From Paecilomyces variotii (taxonomy: Eukaryota): a DNA stretch of 64,000 nucleotides. Positions 12,501-25,038 of the stretch are shown in pieces. The DNA is taken from NCBI GenBank assembly GCA_004022145.1, contig RCNU01000005.1, one strand, 5' to 3'. Positions within the stretch are counted from its first letter, which is position 1; each line of letters starts with the position of its first letter. A program made the position numbers and the translations under genes. The notes beneath the pieces were generated by a model. The model made no database searches. It was given only the letters and a program-made list of their open reading frames with translations, and had not been told where the DNA came from.

Positions 12501-13784
12501 CAGAAGGCGATGTCTAAGTGGAGGATCTTGGACGTCCCCAACACTTCAGTTGACACCCATATCTTGATAGAGCCAGAATTAATGAATGCAGTCAACTGTG
12601 TTCACAAAAGTAGAGCGTGCCTAAAAACTTATCACGTTTTACTGGTCTTGGAGAGATGACACAATAACGCTACCAAGACCTTCTCTTTTTGATGAATGAT
12701 GGTTTGTAGGTTCTATTCAACTGTGGGACCCATGTGATGAAAGGAGTGGTCGACAAGGCTAAACCGCTTTACACATTGTCTGTGACAGATTTGAGTATTT
12801 AGTGAGGCTTTTCATGGAAGGTTATTGCGACTATATTCGCGTTAATTTGTCTTGATAAAGACCGAAGTATTAACATAAGGCGTTGTCGATGCGAGCTGTA
12901 GAGGCATACTATGCCTATGGGCTCCGTAGGACTTTTTGTTAAACTCTGCTTTGACCGTCTAGCTTTGGCTATTCTTTGCCTAGTATAACCCTCTATACTC
13001 CGCAGGTTTCTTTGTGTCTGCCATAGCCAATGGCTCTATATGGACGTTAACCCTAAATAATAATACCACACTGCGCTCTGCGTAGCGTATCTTCTGCTTG
13101 TATTGAATATTCTCCTGGTCAGACTTCAAGAATCATGTCTTTTTAGGTATCATTTGGACTAAATCTACAGATTCCATTTTATCCTGTGAGGCATCGCATT
13201 GTACCATAAATATACCTAACTTATTTGGTATCTCATCAGAGCATCTACTATAGTAATGTAAGCATCGACAGTCTATTACATATGAAGACTCAAGCCCCCT
13301 GTTTACTGACTTCGTACTACTTCGGGCACCAGCATGCCTGTTAACACATCCTTGGTATCTTGTGATTGTATAGTTCTCCCAAAACCTTTGGAAACAATGT
13401 AGTAATTTCTTATTGTCCATGAATAATTTCTACGTACAAATCAATCATAATGACAGTGTGGCTGAAGTCTTGAGATCAGTATTTTTTTTTCTTTGCGTAA
13501 AGTGGCCCGCTAAAAGGTGTAGACTGAGCATAAACTCTTGCTTATTGGCTAGCAATTTTGCTCATATCTGTACTAGTCAGTGATCTAGCGAAACGACGGT
13601 GTATATAATAGCTATTCGCGCCCTTCTTTTCCTTCGGTCGAAGAAGTTCTGTTAAAGTTCATGATCTCTGGCCATACGAAATAATGAGTAAGCCTTCTAT
13701 GATTTTCTAAGTATATGTTTTACTGACAGTTAAGCAGTTAATGAAGCCCTTGACCAGAAGTCTAGTCCTTCTGAGGACACCAAG

Positions 13785-14351
13785 ATGTCTCCAAGAAGCG
13801 AGCGCGGATCATTCCAGCCCGCAACAGTAGACACCATCGGTTATTCCCCTGAGCACAGCGAACTGGAAAATTTGTATAGCAGATTGCATATAGGGAATGA
13901 GAGGTCTCATACCGTTAGGGAACCGGAACGAAACGAGGCCATTCTCAATGAGAGCTTTTGTGTAGACATGTACGATGCCCTACCGGAAACCGAAGCTCCC
14001 CTCGCCCACTACAAAAGAACTCTAGGTATGTATAAGAAGGACATGCATTTGAGCAGATTTCTAATACCCACATCAGAGTTCACTGGAAGGAGAAATTCCG
14101 TGGACTCCACAAACTCAGAAGCGACAACTATAAAGTGGAGTTCCGATTCGGAGATGATTATAGTGGACAAGACAGATACAACTCAGCTATCATCTACTTT
14201 ACATTCAGGGGGAGCAACAAGAACTATCTCATCCTTGGGTACAGCTTTGGCCATAAGAGAAGCTCCACGGATCTCTAAGCCGAAGACATACTCTTCAAAG
14301 CGTGAAAAATTGCGGAACTTGTTGTCTAAGGTGAGAAACCAAATAGGTTGA
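13785..14351 (+). CDS. Hypothetical protein (188-aa ORF; a short upstream exon near 13684 is possible)
   Basis: Long open frame in an otherwise stop-rich region. An intron-like TACTGAC..CAG sits just upstream. No family recognised. Confidence 0.45.
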   Translation: MSPRSERGSFQPATVDTIGYSPEHSELENLYSRLHIGNERSHTVREPERNEAILNESFCVDMYDALPETEAPLAHYKRTLGMYKKDMHLSRFLIPTSEFTGRRNSVDSTNSEATTIKWSSDSEMIIVDKTDTTQLSSTLHSGGATRTISSLGTALAIREAPRISKPKTYSSKREKLRNLLSKVRNQIG

Positions 14352-15063
14352 AGCTATAGGATTAGATTATGTAGAATCTTCATTCACACGTTAATCTAGG
14401 AACCGTCCGTACAGCTGCCATCTAAAGGCCTCGAAGCCGAGAAGAGCGATTGGAACTATATAACCGATGCTTAACTTAGACCATAATCTGATTATATTAA
14501 TCCATTATTTTATTGAAGACTCAGGGTTACTGTGCGCCCGTAGGAGAGCGATGGCATATAATACAGAAGAATACAATAGAATCAGTCCTGGACAAGTGCT
14601 ACACAGTAGATGTGCACATAACGCATCTGGGCAATGTACCTAATTCAGAAGCTATTCGCAACGTAGGTGTCTATTCAACCCCCTGCATGGGTTACATACG
14701 CGCAAAAGTTTGTGTTGTGCAGCAGCCAACCATGCCCGTCACTGCCACTTGACTCTCCTTTTTCTTTTGCATCCGGTCGCCCTCGCTGAATGTGAATTAG
14801 ATACCTGCATGTGATCCGATGAGTCTGAAAGACCTTTCTTTTCCTACGGGCACCAGTGGTGAGAATTTGGCATCGAGATCATGGTAGCATACAACTGCTC
14901 TGCGATATTCAGATTTATATCCGAACATAAACCTGATATTTTATCTGTCTGCAGGCTCCGAGGCCAAGACATTCCGTATAAATCCTACTTTACCTGTGGT
15001 GGGGGTATGTGGACGTCCTTATCGTGAACATATGTCATTATCGATGTCCTTGCAGCCTTTATA

Positions 15064-15306
15064 CAGAGTGTCCGGAAACTGGTGTCACCACTTATACTCT
15101 TTGATTGTTTCCGCAACCCTAAAGTGAAACAGCGCTAATCCCACTTGGGATATTTTATGTAATATTATATGTCAGTACAGGACGCGGCACTGGTCGGGAG
15201 AATCATTATTCCATTCCATTCCAAATACAACCTAGCTTGGTTTCACACTAGGGTTACTGAAACAATTAAAGAGTGTAAGTGGTGACACCGGTATCCGGAC
15301 ACTCTG
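15064..15306. mobile_element. Tc1/mariner-type MITE with ~65-bp TIRs and TA TSD
   Basis: TA|CAGAGTGTCCGGAAACTGGTGTCACCACTTATACTCTTTGATTGTTTC... and ...GAAACAATTAAAGAGTGTAAGTGGTGACACCGGTATCCGGACACTCTG|TA. Confidence 0.88.
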
Positions 15307-15626
15307 TAGCTGCGCCAACCCCCTGTGCTGTAGGACCTTGGATGGCTGAAGGCTCGTACTAGTGGGAGGTCTGGTAAATGGGATATCACCTGATGTGGCA
15401 CGAAGTGCATCAGACTTTCCATGTAACTCTTGAAGCAAGTTATGTACTAAAGCTCTCGACGGCTACCCAATGCACCATTAGCTGTTGTACCCTCGAATAT
15501 TGCACGGTGATATCCAAATTACTTTATACAGAAAGTCATCCCACTTCGATGCTTCTGCAATGGATTGCTCGGTTACTTATATTTCTTTCCTTTATCCCCA
15601 GCTATTAACCATAGCCCGAGAAATCA

Positions 15627-15990
15627 ATGAAAAATACCGCTCTTGAGCGCCTGGTACACATATTCCGATACCTTAATCGTATGTACTTGGGTGCTGCAGT
15701 GATAGATGCCATTACCATTGTTCTGAGGTCGGCTTGGATCCAGATGGCGTATGAGACTGATCTAACCAAGATCATGGTGTACGTTACACTTTTGGTTCGA
15801 GAAGGGACTGTTGACTCTGAGGAATGTGCTGAATTTTTCGCCCACGAAGCTGCTGAATAACTTCATTACTAGGTACTATGCGAAGCTCTCCCCTCTACTC
15901 AGAACAGTGGGTACGTTTTACAGAGTACGAGACGTGATAGCAAAGACACAAACCGTTTCAGACGGACGCCCTCTTGAAGACTAAAAAGGT
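15627..15990 (+). pseudogene. Possible degraded cullin-repeat-like fragment
   Basis: HIFRYLNRMYL and AEFFAHEAAE resemble cullin N-terminal repeat motifs. Stops follow. Confidence 0.3.
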
Positions 15991-16464
15991 CCATCTCGAG
16001 AAAGTCCCAAAATACGGTATAGTATCAGAGAGAAGAGGTTCTGTTCCAACGTGGGAGAGAAGAAAGAGATATGCGCATACAGAACGAAGGGTAGGATAAC
16101 TTGCATCCCTTCAGGGTAGACATACTCTACAATTAAGTACTAGGCCTTGCGTAACTCCGTATGTTCAAAAATACAAGACAGCTGGCGCCTATTGATAGCG
16201 CCTACAGATAATTCACTACAGACATGAAAAAGCAAATAACAGATTCATAGAATAGAAGTAAAGTCTTTGATAAAACTGGAAGAAAAGCGAAAACCTCATA
16301 ATTCTCATTGGGAGCGCGAACTTTGTGATCGACGTAGCGGCGGTTTCGCGTCAGTCGAAGGGGAAGATTTCAACACGCGTGAGTCGGTAATCAAACGCCC
16401 GCCACGGAAGGCCGCATGCCTTGATCAGAGCAGGGTTAAGTTGAGATTTTATAAGAGCTTTCCG

Positions 16465-17254
16465 ATAATCTTGCGCGTATGCTGGGAGAATTTGATACCG
16501 CTGATTATGATAAAATTTAGCTACTTGAGTGGGTGCAATACCAAGAGAAGACCAGCCTGTTCTTCTGAATCCTACCCTCTTGTCACACCTAGACTTGTCT
16601 ATATAAACAAGGCGATATAAGCAAAAGTCTGACATAAAATAAGAGTACGCGTTATACACTGTTGCAAAAACGGTGTTCGGGTGTTGCACTCTGTTTCTAC
16701 ATATGTGGGTCCGCTAAACCATATTTGATTAAAGTACATTAATTTATACCAATCAGACCACTTGCTTTCAATGACTAAGGATAATTCCATCCATTTATAG
16801 ACTAGAAGATCCATAACATTGAAACAAGAGTGTAGAACACCCAGACACCGTTTTTGCAACTTACTGTATAGATCTGCATTTTACTCTTTTAGTTTACCTG
16901 GCGGCCTTTTTTTAATTATCCTTCACGCTTCAGAGCGCGACTAATGCTGCATATAGTTACTTGCACCTGAAACTCGTCCCATAAGAAAATCGCCATCTCG
17001 TCAATATATAAATGGGGCTTCTCGATAAGATGATCACAGAGGGCTTTAACCATAATTGGAGTAAGTCTCCGGGGACGTCCACCCTTATTTGGGGGTGCCT
17101 TCATATTCCCAAACATATTAATGTTGGTGACAGACCTAGTGATAGTACTTGGATGACAGCCCGCCGCATTGGCAATCTGCGAGTAGGTAAGTTCATTGCT
17201 CATAATCATATTACGGATGAACTCCAGGGTCGATGGAGCTAGATTGGGGGCCAT
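16465..17254 (-). pseudogene. Decayed Tc1/IS630-like DDE transposase, interrupted by a MITE
   Basis: MAPNL..YSQIANAAGCHPSTI (HTH), GGRPRRLTP, KPHLYIDEMAIFLWDEF, SISRALK, then LVYIDKSRCDKRVGFRRTGWSSLG (normally VDESGCD) and RYQILPAYAQD. In-frame stops are present. Confidence 0.85.
16657..16866. mobile_element. Tc1/mariner-type MITE nested in the transposase
   Basis: Imperfect TIRs GTTGCAAAAACGGTGTTCGGGTGTT / AACACCCAGACACCGTTTTTGCAAC with TA on both sides. Removing it restores the transposase frame (NADLYNAYSYF). Confidence 0.8.
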
Positions 17255-18308
17255 CTTAATTGCCCTACGATGAAGGATGCGCTTGTACGGGGGGGGATAC
17301 GGGTATTGTAAGGTACCCTGAGTCATGAGGACGGCCCTTACCGTGCGATACAGAAACATGTAACAATGGCTGACGGACAATTACCAAAAAGGATTAGCGT
17401 GTTTCATATAAGGGCTCCTGAACGTGTCAGTATATAAACATTTGCACCACTTCTGCAACCAGCTGTACTGGTAACGGTGGGGCCACGAACAAGGGATGCG
17501 TGGTGAGAGGGGAGGTCACGTGCTAGCAAATGACGGCGTCGTTCGACACCGAAAATGGCAGCCCATTTGGTAAATCCGAATTGTTATGCAGACATAGTAG
17601 ACACTCAAACAAAAATTGCGAGTGTTCAACAAGTTGCACCATGCTGACTCCAAAAATGTTTTATGTTATAGCCTCAATATCAAGGAAAGGCCAAACTAGT
17701 CCAATCGACAAACTGTATTAGTGAAAAATTCTAGAAATTTCAGGTTGCCTCTGACTATACTGATCAAGGGTAATATGATGTAATTTGATCATAATGGGTA
17801 GACTCGTCCAGCATGGTTTTTCTTGAGTTGACAGAATGAAAACAGCTGCTATTGTTTTTGGTTCATCAGTTATGTGTTGAACACTCCCCTGGTCAACAAA
17901 TGAGGGCAAATGCATTGTTGGTGAGTTAACCCATTGCCCAACATTCCACAATCGAATACAGTGGAGTGGGTCCGGAAGGCAAATGCCCTCCCTCTTTGGC
18001 TGACCGGGTTGAACAATGATATTGGTGAACAGCCCAGTGTTTACAGACAAAATATCACCGAAATTTAATAGCAAAATAGCATTGACCAGAGATATGAACA
18101 TCATATTTTAGGCGTATCACCGAGTTCTCAGTACAAGAATTTCATTGAAGTGGCATCGTGGCACCTCTAGGTTGAGCGCCAGTAAAGTACAACATGTAGA
18201 CTGATGTTTTAAAAGTTGTTACAGAATACATTTTCGCTTAAAGTGTAAGCTCTGTCATTGGTGAAGCTTGGCGTTCCGCCTTTATGTAATTCCATTATAA
18301 CGTAACTA

Positions 18309-18713
18309 ACGTATTCCCCTGCGCAGCTCTGTATTCCATACAAATCCGCCCTTTTTACTACTTCAATATCTCAGTAACCAGAGATGGTAAAGATACAATA
18401 ATAAATATATAATATAGTATAGGCTAAATGAGGCTATTGATAACTTTTTGATTTTTTTCTTCTTAACTTTACTCTATAAAGTGAAAATATCAAAAATACA
18501 GCTGTAATATCAATACCGAAAGAAGTATTGTTAATATAAGCTTCTTTGCTTTATATATTAATGATTAAGTACTATTATATAATATTCTTAAATTTTGGAT
18601 TATTATAGCTTGTGGTTGCTGAGATATTCAAGTAGTAAAAAGGGCGGATTTGAATGAAATACAGAGCTGCGCAGGGTACTTGCATCCATGCGCAGGGTGC
18701 TTACCGAACACGT
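18309..18713. mobile_element. MITE related to the 9142-9550 element, opposite orientation
   Basis: Inverted repeat CCTGCGCAGCTCTGTATTCCATACAAATCCGCCCTTTTTACTACTTCAATATCTCAGTAACCA / TGGTTGCTGAGATATTCAAGTAGTAAAAAGGGCGGATTTGAATGAAATACAGAGCTGCGCAGG. The AT-rich core aligns to the reverse complement of the 9.2-9.45 kb core. Confidence 0.8.
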
Positions 18714-18776
18714 TATTAGTTAACTATCTTTGATTGGTTATTAAGACCAATAGATGACTAAGGTCCTTAAGATTTA

Positions 18777-18860
18777 GGACCGCCGAAAGACCACGCAGGA
18801 CCGCCGGGGACCGCCAAAAGACCATGTGGGACCGTGCAAGGACCGCGAGTGACCGCCAAG
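18777..18860. repeat. Imperfect tandem array of GACCGC/GACCA units
   Basis: GGACCGCCGAAAGACCACGCAGGACCGCCGGGACCGCCAAAAGACCATGTGGGACCGTGCAAGGACCGCGAGTGACCGCC. Confidence 0.7.
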
Positions 18861-21317
18861 AAACTATCAAAACCTCATCGAACCTATCAGTTACCCATCA
18901 AGAACCCCCTCTAACCTCCTGCTAAGACCAGAAGCATTAATGGGGGTATACATGCGGGGAAGGGGTACCCAGGCCCTCACAGGAAAAGGGAAATGTACAA
19001 GAACAAGCAAAAGAAAAGAGAAATAAATAGTTACTTACCTACTGGTGCAGAGCGGACCTTTCCAACACAGCTGTCACCCAATTAATCCGCCCTCGGATTA
19101 GCGCTATCATACGAGGGCTACCTGTACCAGCCTCCTCCACAGCATTCAGCACCTGGAGGGGACTGATTAACAGGCCCTCGAGACCCTCTTCGTCAAGCAG
19201 GGCTATATCTTCCCGGGTCGACCGGATGGTGAGTCCGGCCGCGTGCAACGCCTGAAGGTAACCCGCAGGATATGTCATTTTTGCGATATCTACAGAAAGG
19301 CTATACGCCCGCGAGAGTGGGATAAAGCAACTATTTATATATGTATTGAATACCACTACTGACAAGCGAGGCGACCCCTGATCATCTAACACTGCCAGAT
19401 AGGGAAGGAAGTATCAGTGAATACAATGTCATTTGCCGCTTCTTCTCTTACAAATTATCCTACATCAAGTTTAACCACATAGCTTCTCGTCCTTATACTA
19501 TCTTTGTCCTAGCATATCCTCATTTTCTGTCATTTTGTGGCTTTATTCATATATGGCGAAGAAAAGTGGAGAAAATAAACATGAAAGGGTGTTTTAGGTA
19601 GTTATACCATCGGCTGGTTTCTTATATCGTCCTGCTAGCCGGTAGCTCATAAAACTGCTGTAGACCATTGTGCAGCCGCGCTTCAGCTTTCGCAGCTGCA
19701 CAGCCCGTCCACCATCGGGAGCAGATACCTATGGAAGGATATGTCACTGGATCTCGATAATGGTTGTAGTTGTACGCTGAGGAACGACGACCATTACAGC
19801 GCTCGCACCGAAGAGGCCCGGCTGTTATCCTCGTTTCAGTCGCTGGATAGAAAGGCTGGTCCCGCTCAGTTGGCAGCCTCGTGATGCTCTGTTTGTGTTC
19901 CTGTGTCTCCCAGGTAGTCGCGCAAGTTTTGTCTGTGGTACTGACAGCTGCATTTGAGGGAAGTAGAGATTTGCGCCTGAATTTTCCAAGTTAATGCTTC
20001 ATCGAAACCGTACAGGAAGTGACGGATTATACCTGCACCGAACCCAGAGCCATATACCATAAAAGAAGTGCATTGGTTAGGACAATCTAGATGATGAACC
20101 AGCACGTAAGATTGGCCTTTGACACAAGTGAATCTTGTTTTGAATTCAAAGTATGGGTTTTGTTTCAAATATAATCTTTAAGACACCTAGCACGGCAAGG
20201 CATAGCTGAAACAATTATCTATGGCCAAAAATATATTCCAAGATATGCAATAGGAGACAAGGGCGCTTCATGGTAGAGTGTTATAAATTATCTTAGGTAT
20301 CTGACCGGGCTGATATGATAGATCATCGGCGAGGTTAATATTTTTTGTTACATATGGCTGGAAAGTGCACGTAGATTTGCTCAGCTAACCATGAAGCCTA
20401 AAAAGTCATCATTCTTGCTGTTTAACCAACAGTGATTTAGTTAAATACAGATCTGAGATACTTGAATATTGGATCGTCAGGCTGAAATTGAACAGGTCAA
20501 CTTGGCCTGCCGTACCTGAAGCATTCAGTATCACGATTGGATGTATAGGTGACATTATAACGTGCAAACCTCAATAGTGTAGCATATTTCCAGGATTTGC
20601 TGAACCCTTCTCAGGATTGTGATATACTGAACATTCATAAAAGTTCCAAGTTTAATATAAATTTTCTGGTAAACTCAACCCCACCCTCATAGTTCTAGCG
20701 TGAAACCTAGCCAGGCATTCAGTAGGCACCAACCAGTTCCTCGTCCAGGCTTTGTCCCAGTATGCCATCCTTCTGCTTTTATCAAGGCCTGGATCATTGT
20801 TGTGGCCCTAAGGAAGAACCAAGTGTTGATCAATCAGTATCGGACTCAACTATTGGCTGACCGCAAGCCAACTGCGTTGGAATTCCCCACCACACTGTGC
20901 CATTAGCATGAGATTTAGACGAACGTCCCACTCAACAAAGGGTTTCATTGCAACAAGTTAACTGATTGGAGTGTCCATTGGGAGCTTTTCGGTGGAGCGT
21001 CCATGCGCAGCACTGGTACAGGGAATAATAAAGTACCAAAAAAGGTAGGAATCTGATATGAATGATGATCCACAAATGAATGACATGGGGCCAAGACATC
21101 CAATAAGTGAATAGATTGCGGTCGAGCAAAGAGCTCACTGCAAAAAAGGACCAAAAATGTCCACTGTCCTGTCGTATGTACCATACAGGCTTATTGGTCA
21201 TGGCAAGTAAGTGGAGCTATCAAATCACCGATGAATTGTTGGCCTCAACCACTATAACCAACTATAACCAACGCCGGTGAACGCAGTCGCCCAAGACTGA
21301 ACTTTACGAAAGCCACC

Positions 21318-22655
21318 ATGAGTGCCAAATACCCATATCATCCTCCATTTAAAAAATTTATAATCTCAACACCATATTTATCAAGAAATACTACTTCAGC
21401 ATATCAGCAAACACAGTGCCACATTCTCCCCCGCATTCCTGTCCCGATGAGGGCCAAAAAGCAGAGACAGCCTTTACAAAGAGCGACTGTGATCAAAACG
21501 GCCCAAGTTAAGCCAAAAGATTCACTTGGGTCCTTGGATAGAGGCGTCCTTATCAAAATACAGAAATGCCTAAGTCGAGCTCGCCATAAGAGTACCACCG
21601 AGTCAGAAGCCAAAGCCGCCCTTTTCGTTGCCCAGAAGCTGATGGCCCCATATAATGTCTCCCAAGCGGATCTAGTGACCAACAGTGATTATGGAAGCAA
21701 AGCTCAATATGGAGGAGTGAGCAAGGTGGAAATAATCAACGTTAAGAACCGTACCAGACGTGTGATTAAGAAGGCATTTGTGCACAAGTCGGCAAAGGCT
21801 ATGTGTACGTTCTTTGATTGCCAATGTTTTTCGACGGACTACGAAACATCCATTGCTTGGTCATTTTTTGGTATAGCGGAAAACACGGTCACAGCGGCAA
21901 TAGCGTTCGAAATGGCGCACAATAAGATCCTGGACTGGGCATGCTCCTATAAGGGCGGTTCGGCCACGTTCAGCTACCGCGTCGGAGTCGCTGATGGGCT
22001 CGTCTCCATGGCCAACTGTGAGAAGAAAATCGAACTCGAGGCGGCAAGAAAGAAAGAGTTAGATATAATAGCCGCCAAGGAACGGAAAGCGGGTATGGAA
22101 CGCGAGCGCAAACTTCAGAGGCTCCATAAAGGACCTTCACTGGCGTTAGACATTGGTGAATCAGATGGCCAGTCAGAGGACGAAATGCCTGGCTTCTTGG
22201 ACATAGACAGCATGTCCGACGAGTCTTACGGCTCTCCAGAGTCGATAGACAATCTCAATCTTAATACTAGAGGAGCACTGGCCGACTTTAATGAGAATGA
22301 TGAGAATGTGGTCGATCTCACGCGCAGCGTGGAAGTCAACGTTGACAAAATTATCAAGCGGGAGTCGCGCGAAACCCATGATTTTAACAGCATCCCTTCC
22401 CTTTCGGTGAAGCAGAACCCTTCAGATAACGATTCCTCGTCTGTTAAAAGCGAGGATATGTCGAACTCGCCGTGGATGTCCGAAACGCAGCTAGTACGTT
22501 TTCGCGCCACATCGGTGCAGGTTGCAGACGAATACCTCAATATCAAGCTGCGTATGGGAAAGACACGCACAGTGGTCACCCGCAATTACTCTGCTTATCG
22601 AGAAGGGTGGAAAGATAGTGAAAAGATTGATTTCCGTCCGCGCAGGTTGGAATAA
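21318..22655 (+). CDS. DUF2786-domain protein, intronless (true start may be 21447)
   Basis: IKIQKCLSRARHKSTTESEAKAALFVAQKLMAPYNVSQADL resembles the DUF2786 helical motif. It is followed by FFGIAENTVTAAIAFEM, SYRVGVADGL, a coiled coil, an acidic region and AYREGWKDSEKID. Confidence 0.75.
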   Translation: MSAKYPYHPPFKKFIISTPYLSRNTTSAYQQTQCHILPRIPVPMRAKKQRQPLQRATVIKTAQVKPKDSLGSLDRGVLIKIQKCLSRARHKSTTESEAKAALFVAQKLMAPYNVSQADLVTNSDYGSKAQYGGVSKVEIINVKNRTRRVIKKAFVHKSAKAMCTFFDCQCFSTDYETSIAWSFFGIAENTVTAAIAFEMAHNKILDWACSYKGGSATFSYRVGVADGLVSMANCEKKIELEAARKKELDIIAAKERKAGMERERKLQRLHKGPSLALDIGESDGQSEDEMPGFLDIDSMSDESYGSPESIDNLNLNTRGALADFNENDENVVDLTRSVEVNVDKIIKRESRETHDFNSIPSLSVKQNPSDNDSSSVKSEDMSNSPWMSETQLVRFRATSVQVADEYLNIKLRMGKTRTVVTRNYSAYREGWKDSEKIDFRPRRLE

Positions 22656-23619
22656 TCGTACATATTGAGCCCTCTGATCTGTGCCTTACCCAGCCAGAGT
22701 TCCAGCTCGTTAAATTCTCCTGTCCAGACTCTGGTGAGTTCCCTTTGCCATCATACTCGGATGTGTCAGTATGCGGCCGTTCCATACAGAATAAACAACA
22801 ATAGAATATGCAATGGTTGGTACACAGTCTCTGTTCTCCATAGACATCTTCGCTAGGAAGCTATGGTATTTTACCTTCAGTGACTGGCGACACCCGCAGG
22901 ATTGAGTAGTGCAGTAACCGGTTAATAGCTTTTCGCTTCTCCACTGAATTATTACAGGCGTGAGTTACGCTATATGCCCAATATATCACTACTGGATGGG
23001 AGCAATTAATGCTGCTTGTGGACTGATGTGGGGGATTGTAGGCAAATTAGATTCTAGTGAGAAAAGCTGTGGCTCAAAAGACTGGGATCAAAAAGCAGGC
23101 AAACAATCGCTTTCAAACAAGCTAACATTTTCCCTCCGTTGGTGCATCAACGTTGTACTTTAGCCCCATAATCCATATTACGTGAGAGTAAGACATAGTT
23201 CCCAGCTAGAATGAAAGGGATAGGAACGAAAGCTGTGTGAATGAAGTGCATCTGCGATGGGTTCTCGAGGGATCCGCTCACCTCCCGGTGGCATAAATTG
23301 TGATCGATTATTAATTCCCTTTCGTATACTCCAATAACATTCAGAAGTGCACATGATGTGGAGCCAAGTCAACAGTGCGGTAGTGATGGATCTATTGCAG
23401 CGTATAAAAAGGGATGGTACAGGTGCAGACACAACGAGTTGTTCCCATTAAACTAATATGGCTGGCACAACTAAATGAGGCTAGTAACATAAAATTCAAG
23501 ATATAAAAGCACTCAACTAACACTGTCGAACATCAAACTCTTCCAATCTTTGATACTCACACAAGAATTTTCTAAATCAATTCACGGCTACCGGTGGCGC
23601 ACTCCTTTGTTTCTCAAAT

Positions 23620-23999
23620 ATGCACAATAGATCGCCGTGCGCTCACACTCCAACCCAGGGTAAGTAGTATGGCTCCTCACCTTCCCCTTCAATGCTAAAT
23701 CGGTCATGACTATTATAGCGCCTTGCCTCACACAACGCATTCCAGAGCTGCTTGAGCAAGCGTATCGCGAAGCTTATCAATCTCACCAGCTCAATCGGGA
23801 AACTCTCGCGTGCAATGAACAACTAAACCGCGAATTGTCGAAGGTTCACAATGAAAACAGAGACTTACAGGCAAGGAATCAACGGCTTGAGTCCCAAAAT
23901 AGGGTGTTGATGTGGCAAATACAAAACCTCGAATGCCAGCCGATGCGCCTGCAACTTTCTTCCCATAGCGCCACTCCGGAAAAGGGGAAGTCGGCATAA
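23620..23999 (+). CDS. Small coiled-coil hypothetical protein, probably two exons
   Basis: ATG at 23620, GTAAGT..CTAA..TAG intron, heptad-like LNRELSKVHNENRDLQARNQRLESQNRVL. Confidence 0.45.
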
Positions 24000-25038
24000 T
24001 ATCATCTTTCAAGGTGCTTTTCTCAGACGGTCTTAGTGGAAGTAGCACAAGTCTAGTGATATTATAATATTCACATCAAGGCTCCCATTTCAACTATGAA
24101 TTCCAAAGCTATCAATCTATTCTAGGGCCACCTTCCAATGGTTGCTGTAGAGTAAACCCTCTGAGCATCCAACTTCAGAAGTGGTGACTGGGCTGTACTG
24201 GTTCAGATATTTCAAGACTACATGGTCATCTGTGTTGCTGTACTTAGCTCCCAGGGAAGAAGCGCCAATAAGGAGATATTATTATCTACACAGTAGAATA
24301 GCTTGCTTCTTATTATATGCATACCGCGGCGTACGAGATCTCTCAAGGAAAATGATTCGTAAATACCTTGAACAGAGAGTAAGGTTGCACGGCACAGAGT
24401 TTCAACCTTTCGTGAGAACAAAGGACCAGTTTCCGAATCTCAGGTGGAGAGGCGGGCGGGTAGACCCAACGAATGATTGAATCTCCCATTGATTACCTGC
24501 CCTCCAGAACCAATGCCTCTTTCCAACGTAACCCACTTGCTCCGCCGTCATTATGTACACGCTTTGCAGATCATCAATGTACTCCATGATCCTTTGAATA
24601 GCGTGCATTTCATGGGTCTATGGTCAGCTACAATTTATTCCAGTCCCGGGGCCACCTCACGATTTCTATGTGAACTCCATTTGCCAGATCTAGCTCTTTG
24701 TCTATGTCTGCTTATTACTAAGCCGTCCTGTTGCCAATGACATTCGGCGTTCTCGGTCCACCCACCCCATGTTGCCTTGCAACGAACTACCACATTCAAA
24801 AATCATCGATAAACAAGGGTCTCATTCCACTCTTGACAATAGTGTCAACAAACTCGCCATCGAGCGGGCGCGAACTGGTCGTACTTTCTCACCTTGGACC
24901 CAGAGTCTGCATGTCCCGTACGGTAAACTCAGATATTTAAAAGTCCAGTTGTCTGAAGGGACTCTTCCACACTCAACCAATCCCGATAGATCGGAAATGT
25001 GCACGACCTTCCACGACCAATTCATACGCCCTGCCCGT

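Noticed and set aside
10177-13420. Short ORFs that may be decayed genes
   Set aside because: No recognisable family and fragmented frames, so no call can be supported.
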